Assembly: GCA_051294375.1 (NCBI GenBank)
Contig: CM119267.1
Span: 23,251,486 to 23,315,485, forward strand
Reading direction: 5' to 3'
DNA: 64,000 bases
Source: Paraspadella gotoi
Lineage: Eukaryota; Animalia; Chaetognatha
Below, one piece after another: positions 25,676 to 37,698 of the stretch; within the stretch, counting starts at the first letter, position 1; every line of letters begins with the position of its first letter. Position numbers and translations under genes: made by a program. Below the pieces are notes generated by a model. It did no database searches, was not told the origin of the DNA, and was given only the letters and a program-made list of their open reading frames with translations.

Positions 25676-26472
25676 AGAAAAAAAAAGGGTGGGGATTGTG
25701 ATTGGGCGAGGGAGGGGGGCGCCGTCCAACGGTTTTACTTTACGGCTTGACTGGTTGTTTTTGTTTGTTTTTTTTTTCTGTTTTTTTTTTTTTTGATCAG
25801 AAACAATCGAGTTAATCTGCGCCCTTTTTTTTTTGTAGTTAATTTTTAGTCTGTTTTTAGTTTAAATCTGCGTTACGTTTCGTAATCGGTGGATGAGTTA
25901 ATTTTTATTTTGGGCTTCGGGGCCTCGATTCAGTTATCGTCTTCTGCTAGAAATTATACAAGTTTATTTATTTTGTTGCCGCGAAAAATAATAATGTTCT
26001 GGTTTTTATATGACGATTTTTTCTCATGCCTTCACCATCCCCCTTTCAAAAAAATCACGATCAGATAGCTTTGCAGCAGCTTTCTCTGTCGATTCGCTGC
26101 TTTGCAGACTTTAGGCAAGTTAGTAGTGATGTTGTCTTAAAAAAAAAAACAACAAAAAAACCAATCTTTCAAAATTCATCATTGCATCTAGTCACGCTGT
26201 ACAATTCAAGCTTGATTATCGACTCGGGGCCTCGTCACATCCCAGGTCGTCGTGACATTCGTTTCACTCCCTCTTTTCTTGCTCTTCCCGTGAATTGCTG
26301 ATGGTCGTTTTATAATTTTTTTCCCGTTGAAGCAACATTGTGATATCCCCGTTTTTGCAAAAGAGCGGGCGAAACACTTGACTTAAAAAAAATGTACTTG
26401 GTTCCATGCGCCGCGCTCATTCCGCCTCCGAATTGGTTTTGACTTGAAAAAAAGACAAAATAAATTGAAACA

Positions 26473-28157
26473 ATGAATCTGAGGAAACAAAAGGGTTATT
26501 TGGTGGTTCTGTGGATGATCGCTCAATATCAAAACGTCGAACCCGCGGACGAAGGTAAACAAAAAATAGTTATGATAGTCCGTTATTGTGATCGTTGAGC
26601 CTCATACCATTAAAGTTTACCTAGTTAAAAGACACACAGTCGACCATACTACTTGAGATTTTAATTTTTTTTCATCAAAATAGAACAAGTTTTATATCTA
26701 ATAAAGAGGTGTAAAGAGAATGATTTACAATTAAAAGCTGAGGCGTTGGCCAACGAGGATTGCGAGTGCGAATCTTGGGAACGCCTCTCGGAAGACATGC
26801 CCAGCGAGGTGGTCCACTGCATCCGCAACGACGGCTGCACCGGCATGTCCTGTGCCGGCAAAAGCCCCGACGGCGACATTGGCCGGATCGGCTTGCGTTT
26901 TGAGGTTTACCCATGTCGCGTCCCCATCGAACTCGAGGTTCACTTCAACGCCTCCAAGATGGGAGTCAATTGGACGCAGTCCTTTCATGAGCCCATCTTT
27001 AATCTCACGGAGAGAGTTCCGGGGTTCCACTTCATGGATCACACACTTCAGACGCGGTTCGCGCTTTACGTCCAACTAAACATGACCAGGGTGAGGATCG
27101 TCGTTTGAATGAGATTATTATTAAAATGACATGGGATAGGATAGGAACTTCAACTGAATAAGGGAAAAAGAGAGACCTTTTATCTCACTTAACGTAAACG
27201 ATTGTCGAGGGTTTGTTGTAACCGGTGAGAGTAAATCCAGCCTTGAAGAAAGAGAAATGTTAAGTCGAGTTTCCCAAACCCCTCCTCCCCCGCTTCCGCT
27301 CTTTCCCAGGAAGTCTCCAGGCACGACGTTCGCCTTGGAGTCAGCCTCCTGGGAAAATATTCTGCGCCGTCCAACGGATCGGCGTCTCCTACAGCGGATC
27401 AGTGGTTTCACATTTACGACGTGATCGATCACCAAGCGTTGCGAATGCCCAAGTGCCTCAATGGAAAGCCGATGCCGGAGAAGTGCCGCGTGGAGAACGC
27501 CCAGTGTCGGATCGACGATTTCGAATCCTGCCTTTCGACCGAAATCTGTCGTCAAATGAGTTCGGACTCCCACAACGGAACATGTCGATGTCGCGGGGAG
27601 CTCGTCAGGGACGAAATCAACTTCGACTGTGTCGATCCTTCGGGATTGACGCCGACTGACGACCCGGGAGTCTCGACGCCGGGACCCATGGACGAGTGAG
27701 TTGACAATTTGGTGGCTTTTTTTGTCGCAGTTGTTTTTATTTTTATTTTTTCACGCGACTTTTCACTCTCGGGCGCGGATAACGTTAGAAGAAATTACTT
27801 TCATAATTGATTTTTACTTTGCTATTGAAATCTCCACGAGAACTTTCCGCTAACCCTAAAATAACGTCTAATCAAAGTCCCAAGTATTATACATTAAAGA
27901 AGTTATTCAAAAAAGGATTTTTTTTTCGAACCTCCTCCAGGCCGTCCGGATCCAATGCGGGCGTCATCGTGGGCTCTCTTTTCGCCGTCGTGGTGGGCGT
28001 GTTGCTGATTGCGGCCTTTGGTTGGTGGTGGCATCGGCGGCGCCAGACGCGCCTCCGCATCGTGCGTCTCTATGACGACGACGAGGTGTTGATGCGGAAC
28101 GACGGGTACCGTCCCGTTGCCACCGCCGACCCCGACGACGGAAACCAGATCCTGTGA
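26473..28157 (+). CDS. Orphan type I membrane protein with Cys-rich ectodomain and EGF/EB-like module
   Basis: Exons 26473-26554, 26738-27090, 27310-27695 and 27941-28157 are in frame. Signal-like N-terminus, Cys-rich region, TM helix VIVGSLFAVVVGVLLIAAFGWWW followed by HRRR. Confidence 0.8.
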
Positions 28158-29513
28158 TACTTATATGCGCCGCGTTGGTTCTGGGTAAACGCAACGCGAG
28201 GCGACGACGACGACGACGACGACGATGATGATTGAATTCCGGAGACATTTAATGTTGTCATGAAACTTCTAAAAATTTAGCCAATCAAATTTGGGTTTTT
28301 CTTGTTTCATTTATAAACAACAAGGTGTCACTCTCCTTTATTTCTCATTTTATTATCATTTGCGATCGTGGAAAAGCTCTCGGTCAGTCTTTTCGTTCGG
28401 TCGTCGTCGTCATTTCCGAGTCATCTCTCTCAAAGTCAAACGAATCTCGATTCGCGGAATCACCGACACTGATAGTGCCCTTTCTATTCCCAAACTAAAA
28501 CGAACTATTTGCCTTAAAAAGATCTGTATTATCTTATAACAAAGTATAATTCTATATATATGTAACTATAATAATTCCATATCTTTAATTTATGTTGTTG
28601 CGCTTCGAGTGGCTGATGATAAATTTGTTGGTTTTAAATTTTCCCCCCGCACTTTTTCTCCCTCACTTATTCTTTGATTTTCGATCTTTATTTACGAAAA
28701 GTGTAAAAGTGATCCGTTTTATTCATTGGTGTTGTACTTATTTTCCTGAATTACATGCACGTTTTCTCGGTTTACCGAGAGGTTAAAATTTACCGGAATA
28801 ATCTATCTTGATGATAGTTTTTATTTTTGCAAAGTGTTTCTCGTATTGGATTTGAACGAACATTGGTGTTAAGTTATGCAATGGGCATTGGTCTATCATA
28901 CAAATAAAATAACTTGGATGGAGGCTTTTTATTGTTCTAATGGTGCAAAATTTAAGTCTCAGCACACAAGCCATTGGGACGAACAGAATGCACATCTCAT
29001 CTGAAAAAACCTAAAGAAAGTGTCTAAGCTATTTAGTTATTATTATTACGTTTTAAGAGTAAAAAATTCATTCCCTCCTTTTATGGTGTCGGGAGCACAG
29101 CATTACCTAACCTCACTGACTAGTTTAATAAAACACAAGAAAAATTGTAAAATAAAATTATTAAATTAAGGAAAAATATTTGTTGATCTGAATTTAATAA
29201 AAGTTTTTTTCAGCTGTTAAATTTATTAAAAACTAAACTATCTAGTAGATATAAACTTTCTCCTATTGCGATTACTTATGCAATGAATTTGGAAAAAAAA
29301 AGCTTTGCGAAGGTATGTAAACCTTTTCTAATTGCTCATAATCATAGGATTGGATAAGAATTTTTAAATTAAACAGTACTTTTTCTTATCAGGATTTTTC
29401 TATCGACATAAATGGTCCGTGAATCATTCGATGAATTGATCTCCCGCCGCCCGTCATGGGCGCTCGAAAATTCCCGCTGATTCAGACTCTCGATTTTCAC
29501 AGTTCGTCTCAAA

Positions 29514-32500
29514 ATGAATTTCGAAGAAACGGAAACGATTTTTTCCAAGGTGAGGCTCGTTGCCTGTTTCTAACGCACTATAAGAATAGGAGCTTAGTAG
29601 GGTGGATGACGGAAAATATCACTGGGCCTTGCTACCGAGCCAGAACGACTATACCAGGATTTATGCAAACTCTATATTGGCCCCCCTAATTGTCGCCTTG
29701 TTTTGAAATTGGTACAACCAATGTAAAATTACCCATTTATTTAATAAACAAGCTATTTTGCCACTTACTTTGGACAGACTATGGTGGATTTAGACCTCGG
29801 TCCTGCGGTGACTCAAAAATAATTGGTAAAACCAATACTAGGGGATTGCTAATTTTAGCTACATGAAGTATCTTCAATCCGTTTTTGTTGTCTTAATAGC
29901 TGCTACTACTCATCTTAAGATGACCCATGAATTTTCCAACTGATTGCTCTACATTTGCAAAAGTTATGCTAAAAAATGTAAAATTTTGCTATTTATTTTA
30001 GCACTGACAACTTAAGGTTTTTTGACTTGCTCATGTCAGAATGCGACGTTATTTTGTCTATATTATGAACAAATTATGATAATATATGGCAAAGTTGCAT
30101 TTTTGTTAGTGATGTATAGTTTGTGTTTGAAGTTTCAGCTCCCCATCTTGCCCCGCCCTTCTTCCCAACTTACCACATATATGGGGTAAGATGGGGAGTT
30201 TGACCAGTTTTTAAAAAAAATTCAATACTTTAATACGGTTTACAATTAATTAATGAAACTCATAAAATAATTACACAAGACATAGGTCTATACATGTAAT
30301 AAAAATAAAAATGTTTTTAAGAAAAATAGAAAAATAGCTTAACATCACATTGTAGTGACTTTACTTGATGAGATTTTTGGTAAAAATTATCAAGAGTTGT
30401 TTAATGCGTGAAAGGCAAATATATTATGATCGAAGATCATCAACAAAAAAAGGAAACATAAAAACAAAACAGTAAAAAAGGTTACAATGGTCATAAGCAT
30501 AACAATAGAGAAAATCATGAAAGGGTAAACGAGATTACAAGGTCAGGTTTAACTGACCACTAAACGGTTAAGTGGTCGTTTGGTGAACGAGTTGTAAAGT
30601 TGTTGTTGTTGTTGTGGTTGTTGTTTAGACCGCTAAAACATTCTTACCACATCTTCCCCAATAAAAACATGCAAGAACTGTTTTTGGATGTGCTGTCTGT
30701 TCTGTTTTCATTCATTAAATCGGCATTCCAGGTAAAAGAGGCGTTGAAGAAAGAGTTGGAGACTCTCCACTGGCGCGTCTTCATCGCCGAGCGGAACCGA
30801 ATCGTCATCGAAAAGGACAAAATCGGAGGCGCCGTCGTCGTCAAGACGGAGGTCTCCTTCGAAGCCTTCGCCGACGGAGGCGGAGATGGCGATCCCAAGT
30901 GAGTTGCAAGAGAGGGTGGCAGATTTGTTGTTATTTAACATTTATTCCATTTTCTGAAATTGGTAATATTCTGAAAATTCTGAAATTCTGAAATTCGCAA
31001 TATTCTAATGTTACCCCATCAGATCCTTTCTCCCCATCTCCCTCGCTCGAGTTTCGCTCCCCAAGGAGGAACCCTCGTATGATTCCGACTCTTCGCCGGC
31101 GTCCCCAAAGCTTCCCGTCGCGGCGCCGATGACGTCGGAGATGCTCCACCAGATCGTCAAGGAGATCGACGCCGAGTACGAGATCACCGACGCGGACGAC
31201 GTCGGCGACGCGGCGGAACGTAGCGCCGATGCCCTCCTTGCCGCAGCCGGCTCGGTTGACCCTTTCGCCGCCGCGTCGTCCTCTACTAACGGAAGCCGTC
31301 CTCGCCGCCAGAAACGGCATCCGTGCGACCTCTGCGATGAGGCCTTCACCTCTAAAGTCAAACTCAAACAGCACTTTAAAGAGACGCACCCTCATGTGCG
31401 GCCGAGCGGGAGAGTTCGAGAAGTTCGTCTTAAGTGCCCGGTGTGCTCGGAGATGTTCGCAGATACTCAGCAATACCTTTTTCATCGAGAGGTGAAGACA
31501 AACTGATACTTAATATGAAAATATAGGGAAAAAAATATAAGAAAATTAACATTTCCAGGTACACAAACTGTCGCGACCTCCGGAGACTTTCAAGTGTCCC
31601 TTATGTGATAAATCTTTCCTCTCCTTTGAAACTCTTAATCGACATCAGTCGACTCACCAGAATCCCGCCAAGAAGCCTCCCTCCACGGAACCGGAAGAGG
31701 GCGAGCTGGAGGACGGCGAGTTAGTGGGCGTCGACGTCGTGAACTCTTCGTGCGATGTCGAGGAAGGTGGAAGCGGGGAGTCCGCGGACGCGTCCAGTGC
31801 GGGGGACGCAGTGGGCGTGGAAGGCACGGAAGGACAGAACGTGGTCTTGGAAACTCTCACCCCGCAGACGTACCTTTGTTTACAAAAAGAAGAACCACAC
31901 GACGTGGTCGTCGCCGTCGAGTCGGCGTCGATCGTTGTCAACCCCGAACAATCTCGTCGCGGGCGAAGGAGAAAGTCCGACGACGACAAATGGCTCTATC
32001 CCTGCAGAGTTTGCGGGAAGGTGTTCTCGACACCGGGGAATCGAAGTAGACACACCGCCGCCACTCATAGGGGTGAGAGAATCGTAAATTGGGGTGATGG
32101 CGTGGTTGCAACTCAACGATAAGTTCTCATTTCTTTTAACGAAGGTCGCAAGTTTACCTGCAAGCTTTGCGGAAAACTTCTTTCCGGCGATCTCAAGACG
32201 CACATGGACTCGGTTCATCTCAAGAAAAAGAAGATTTGCGAACTTTGCGGAAAAGGATTCAGCAATCACTCCAATCTCAGGATGCATTACAAGACGCGGC
32301 ATTCTTACATACCTTATTTGTGTAAAAGGTAGGCTGGCGCTGGCAATAATTGAGGGAGGAAAATACTCAAGTTTTAATATTTTGTCGTAAGGGAAAATTT
32401 TAGGAAATCTTTACTTCCAGATGCGGTAAGGAATTTTCGAGTTCGCAAGAGTTGAGCGACCACAAGTCGACGGCACACAAAGAGAGAATGCAGCGCGTCA

Positions 32501-33763
32501 AATGTCCCCACTGTCAGCAGGACTTGGCCAAGGGAAGGCTCAAGTGTCACATCGACGTCGTTCATCGGAACATCAGATTCAAGTGAGTGAAAAGGGAATT
32601 CCAGAGCTCTTTATTCCTCAATCTTTTTCTGGTTCGATAATTGGTGGACAAAAAAAAATTAAAGGTTGATGTTATGTAATTTTATGAGCATTCATTCTGA
32701 CAAGTTTCAAATTGAATGGTTTTTGGTCTTTGCTTGCCATGAGGAAAATAAAGAAAAACCTTTTAATGAGTTAATTTATTAAGAAGGTCACAATATTTTG
32801 AGGGCTTCTGCCTTTGATGAAGTCAGAAGCCTTTGAAATAAATTAACTCATTAAAATATTTTTCTTTATTTTCCTCATGGCAAGCAAAGACCAAAAACCA
32901 TTCATTTTGAAAAAGGTTGAGGTCTTGGGATTTTATATTTTTCCTCCTGAGCCTTGGCTCTATTTTAATATCATACGTACTATGCATAGATTATCCTTAC
33001 CCTCATTCCCTTTTCCCCTTCCTTTTAAACGCCACTCAGATGCCTCCTGTGCCCAAAAGAATTCACACAAAAGAAGCGCCTTCGGTCTCACATCGACTCC
33101 TTCCATGAAAAGATTAAACTTCCGTGCGATTACTGCGGGAAACAGTTCTCGCGGCTCGAGTATCTCAAATCTCACGTGATGGGGTCTCACGGCAAAGAAT
33201 TTTGGCCGCCCGTCGGTGGTAACGTCGAGGCCGTGGCGGCGCTGGAGGCTGCCGAAGACGACTTATCCGGCATCCTTGACGAGTCATTGCAGGCGAGGCA
33301 TCCGAAGGAAGGATTTTTTTCTTTCTTTTCAGAAAACCCCCCCGGCCTAAAAATTGGTTTTGTTCTTCTTCGATAGCTTTCGACGCTGGGCACAAGCCGA
33401 ATAAAAATCGACCCCTCCGATCTTCCCGACTCAACGCCCGACTCCGCGGTAGACTATCCCACCGACTCCCCCGTTAGCGGCGACTCTGCCCTCAACTCGC
33501 TAAACATCGCCCTTCCAGACTCCGAACGTCCTTCCGCTCCTCTACTGCACCAAATTTCTTCTCAAGATGGCAACATCTTGGTGACGCCGCTTGAGCAGAC
33601 GACGACGACGAACCCGTTGACTTACCCTTTGCCGAAATTCGAGGAAGACGATGGTGGTGACCTCAATCGGATAGAGTCGACGCCGCAGTTCGCCATCGCA
33701 GAGTCGGAATCTGGGCAAAAGACGGTTCTTATCGACCTTGTCACCGGAACCATCATACTTTGA
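29514..33763 (+). CDS. C2H2 zinc-finger protein (10 fingers)
   Basis: Exons 29514-29549, 30732-30898, 31023-31491, 31559-32072, 32145-32328, 32421-32582, 33040-33292, 33377-33763. Ten CxxC...H...H units. The last intron is GC-AG. Confidence 0.88.
30139..30198. repeat. Short inverted repeat, probably MITE remnant
   Basis: CTCCCCATCTTGCCCC (30139-30154) vs GGGGTAAGATGGGGAG (30183-30198), 15/16 complementary. Confidence 0.55.
32705..32912. mobile_element. Fold-back MITE-like element in zinc-finger intron
   Basis: About 80-bp near-perfect inverted arms (TTTCAAATTGAATGGTTTTTGGTCTTTGCTTGCCATGAGG... and its complement) with an inner GGCTTCTG/CAGAAGCC stem. Confidence 0.8.
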
Positions 33764-34428
33764 AAGTTTAGTTTATTTAGATTGGTTTTTTGTGCCCTCA
33801 AGCGACATCTTTTTTGTTTAGCTTCTAACTTAATTTTAATTGTGCATAATCAATTGTTATCGCTGTTTGCGAGGATGTTACCTCTTTTCCAGAGTGGTTT
33901 GTGACTCAATCATGTTCGCAATTATTATTTTTTTGTTACATTTTGGCACTCGAGCGAAAATTTATTCATAGACATAAAACAAAGACGAAAAACTTGAAAA
34001 TTGTTTTTTTCTTTCGTTTTTTTTCAGCTTTTAGTGTTTATACTTTAGAAGTAGAGACCGTGAATGATTTTTTGTAAAGTGCTAAAATTTCTCTAATTAC
34101 AAAGTCAGCTAGTCTCATTTACGTTTTGATTGATAAGAAAATCACATTCATTCCGAAGAGGCATAGATTTTTTCTTTCCAATTTCGGCTGTGTTATGAAT
34201 CTCTCGTGTTTTTTCACTGTTATCTTTCAACGCTCTGTCGCTTCTCTTTTTCAGCTTTCCACGATTCAATCTCTTTTCACTGTCGACTTTTAAAAATATG
34301 CGCATGATATCACCTTTCGCCACCGACTTATTTTCATTTCCTTTTATTACACTTTTAAACTTATCGCACTCATTTCATCTAAACTCCTCTCAAGTAACTC
34401 TTGAGCGGGGATCGCTCATTAAATCGCG

Positions 34429-37110
34429 ATGTTTCCCCGTTTCGTTTTCCTTCCTTTTAAACACAAACGCAATCTAATCCTTTCACTCATTTTCCTCGTC
34501 TCCTCCTACTTTTTCGTCCTTTTCATTTTCAAGAGGCCAAACTCGTCCAGCCCCATCTCCTCGGCCGCCTTCTCCATCCCCGTCGATGAGCCCACCCTCT
34601 CGCCCCTCGCTTCCTCCCCAGCCAATGTCCCGTCATCCTCCTCTTCCCCGCCATCACATCCTTGCGGCGCCCCGTCCCCCTGCGCGACTCCCCTCCTCCC
34701 TTTTCGTATCGCCACTGGACATGGCGCCAAACGTGGACCGGAAATCTGCGTTGACGGCGTCGACTTTATTTCTCCGGAAAAGCGCAACTTTGGTCGAGGC
34801 CTTAACGTCCTCGTTCTCGATCATCGATTCCGATTTGGAAACAAAAAATCCAATTCCGATCATAACAACAGCAACATCACCGTTAACCACAGCATAGCGA
34901 TCAGAGTATTCGATACTTACCTCGAATCCTCTACTCTCCTCCGCTTCCTCAAGTACGAAGCCACTCCCGAATCCGTCCTCATCTTCGCCTCTTTCGACGA
35001 AGCTTCCCAAGCGCTGGACGAAGATGTCAAACGCTGGCTCTCTCTCTACGGCGCCGCAGCGATCGAGCGCCTCTCCTTTCGCGGCACTTACCTTTTCGTC
35101 GGACAACGTGGCCTCTCGCCGGATAAATCTGTCGAGGCGGTGCGAAACCCTCGTAATCGCGACCGCTTTGCCCGCCAACTGGTCGTTCACGGCTGCCTAA
35201 AGATTCCCATGGGGCCACTGAAATTCGTACCGCTTCCGCCGCCGAGAGTGATTCACGGTGACGCGGTAAACTTTGGCGCAGCGCCGGCGAATTGCGGCGC
35301 CCATCGCGGTGGCTGTGGAAACGACCACTTTAGCCTGTCCGTGTACAGCGGACGCGACATGAGGGACGAACCGCGGGTCTGCATCGACGGGCGAGGGGTC
35401 ATGGCCAAGGGGCTTAACTCGGCAGGACGCGGGCTAAACCTAGTCGTGGTCAAACGCTCTGCTGAGGGCTTAGCGCGTGTGATACGCTTAGCTCGTTTTG
35501 ATACTTATGCGGAGGATTCCTCCGAACTGGAGTTGTTCTTGGAATCGCTCGTCGAGGGAGAGATCTTAGTGGCCGTGACTTTTGATGACGCCTCACGGAA
35601 ACTCTCCGACGCGGCGCGAGTGCTGCTCAACGAACTTGGAGCCGGAAACTCTCAAAACATCGGCCACCGAGACGCATGGTACTTTGTGGGTCAAAAGGGA
35701 ATCAAAGGTTTCACCCTATTCGAAGAGCTGCTTTTTTCCAGCCCGAGCGGGCGACATCCGCCCCCCATCGACCGCGCCCTTTGCTCTCCGTTTCGCTTGC
35801 CGTCTCGACCCGTAGTGCCGGATCCGACGCCCGCCGATTTCCGGCGTCGGCGGAACTTTTGCGCCGTTCATGCCGGATACGAATCCGAATTATGCGATCC
35901 TCGCCGGCTCGACGAAGCCGTCCCTACTCCACCACCGATCGATAATCCAACATTGTTTCGACATCCAATTTTTTTTGTGCCGATTTTTGTCTTCGCGGCA
36001 GATTCGCCCCAATGCCTACAACGCACTATCGCGACGCTGATGACTCAATCCGGTCTGCGATCAGAAATGGTTATAGTCATGACGCCCAAAAGACGAGAAG
36101 ACGAGATCGTCCCTTTGGCGCGAGTCTACGGCCTTCGGGTGGAGACGTTCGAAGACGACGACGCCGAAGCGGACGATCCGGCGTCGTCGCTTATGCGGCG
36201 CGGGGTCGACCGGGGATTCCGCGAATTTACGGCGGCGAAGTTGGCCTTTGTGTTGGAGGCCGGGGCGATTCTTTCTCCCGACTTCCTTTACTTCGCTTCT
36301 CAACTCTCGACGACGTTCGAGAGCGACGAGTCTCTCGTCGCACTTTCCGCTTGGAATCCTAACGGTTACGAGACGCCAAGCCTCGTCGGCGACCCCTCTC
36401 TCATTCATCGAGGCTCCGGCGCTCCCGGCGTCGCTTTTCTCCTCAAACGTCGATTTTGGGAAGACGAGGTGATCGAGGATTGGAAGCGTTGTTGCGCCGG
36501 GCGTCGCACGTGGCGGGGTTGGGCATTGAGCGGCGCCGCGGCGTCGAAGGAAATGGTTTTCCCCGACGTTTCTCGAGTTTTCTTGGAGCCGTTCTCTACA
36601 AAGGACGCCGCCCTCAATGAAAAGCCTCTGAGACGTAAGCGAAGGACGAACAGGATCCCGGTTACGAAGCCGAGCGACACCGAGGCTGTGGAAGCAGTCG
36701 AGTACGAGCGGCGACTGGAAAAGGATTTTGCCAATGCCGAATTTCTTGACGGACGATCGGAGGGACTTAAAATGTGCGCGGATTCGGCGGCTAACGAATC
36801 TTTAGTCTCCGAATCGCCAAACTTTCCGGCGCCGAACTTTGCCAAATCGGCGTCGAAGCGATTCGTTATTCCGGCATCGCAGTCTTTCGTCGACGACCAT
36901 CGCTCTCTCCGATGCCTCGCCCGCTGCTTCGGTATTTTGGTCGACGAGGACCTGCCCATTCTCGGACTTCACAATGGGGGAGTTTTGCGGATCAGTTTCA
37001 GAGGAAAGAGGGTGATGATTGTGTTGGTGGGATTTGCGAGTAGGTACGGAATTTACATGAAAGAAGGTGTTAAACCTTTTGAGTTGCGAAATTCGGGAAA
37101 ACGAAGCTGA
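34429..37110 (+). CDS. POMGNT1-like type II membrane protein: two ILEI/FAM3 domains plus GT13-like domain
   Basis: Intronless 893-aa ORF with an N-terminal TM. Two repeats of P.IC.DG...GRGLN.......FDTY....FD(E/D)AS..L...L..RD.WYFVGQ.G, then SPDF.YF and LSAWNPNGY. The DxD site reads EAG. Confidence 0.88.
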   Translation: MFPRFVFLPFKHKRNLILSLIFLVSSYFFVLFIFKRPNSSSPISSAAFSIPVDEPTLSPLASSPANVPSSSSSPPSHPCGAPSPCATPLLPFRIATGHGAKRGPEICVDGVDFISPEKRNFGRGLNVLVLDHRFRFGNKKSNSDHNNSNITVNHSIAIRVFDTYLESSTLLRFLKYEATPESVLIFASFDEASQALDEDVKRWLSLYGAAAIERLSFRGTYLFVGQRGLSPDKSVEAVRNPRNRDRFARQLVVHGCLKIPMGPLKFVPLPPPRVIHGDAVNFGAAPANCGAHRGGCGNDHFSLSVYSGRDMRDEPRVCIDGRGVMAKGLNSAGRGLNLVVVKRSAEGLARVIRLARFDTYAEDSSELELFLESLVEGEILVAVTFDDASRKLSDAARVLLNELGAGNSQNIGHRDAWYFVGQKGIKGFTLFEELLFSSPSGRHPPPIDRALCSPFRLPSRPVVPDPTPADFRRRRNFCAVHAGYESELCDPRRLDEAVPTPPPIDNPTLFRHPIFFVPIFVFAADSPQCLQRTIATLMTQSGLRSEMVIVMTPKRREDEIVPLARVYGLRVETFEDDDAEADDPASSLMRRGVDRGFREFTAAKLAFVLEAGAILSPDFLYFASQLSTTFESDESLVALSAWNPNGYETPSLVGDPSLIHRGSGAPGVAFLLKRRFWEDEVIEDWKRCCAGRRTWRGWALSGAAASKEMVFPDVSRVFLEPFSTKDAALNEKPLRRKRRTNRIPVTKPSDTEAVEAVEYERRLEKDFANAEFLDGRSEGLKMCADSAANESLVSESPNFPAPNFAKSASKRFVIPASQSFVDDHRSLRCLARCFGILVDEDLPILGLHNGGVLRISFRGKRVMIVLVGFASRYGIYMKEGVKPFELRNSGKRS

Positions 37111-37698
37111 TGGTGAACTAGCAATGAAGAATTTTACTCAAGTCACAACACTTCTTTGTTGAATTTTGCGCGGAAAATTACAACGATTGTAAAGATTTCA
37201 TATATTAATCGAAATAATTCAACTGACAAACACTGTCAGTACTATTTTTTGAAACCTTTGGATATGAACTCGTAGCCCTCATTGTCAGGAAGACGCCAGT
37301 CCTTCAAATTGATCTCATTTAAATATTTTGCCACGTTGTTTAAAAAATTATATTATTTATTTATTTATTATACTCAATAGGCAATGTTATGTTCAATTTA
37401 TCGAACATTTTAGGAGTCAGGAATGGGTCGGCCTTAACTTTGGCGATCTTAAAAGGTATTTGATCTTGGGTCGCAATCGGATCTGGATGGTGATATGGTC
37501 GGCGAGATGTCAGATCGAAACACATTTGATATGAGCATTGAATATCGTGTTCTCATTTCGAAGATCAAATTTTTTGAAACCAGCATGAGTGCCAAAAATG
37601 TTTTAAAAATAAGATAAAAAAAAGAAAGATTTGAGGAATGCTTTTTCGCGATACAAGGTTCGCCGAGGTCATGTCGCCGCTCGACATCACTTTCCTCG

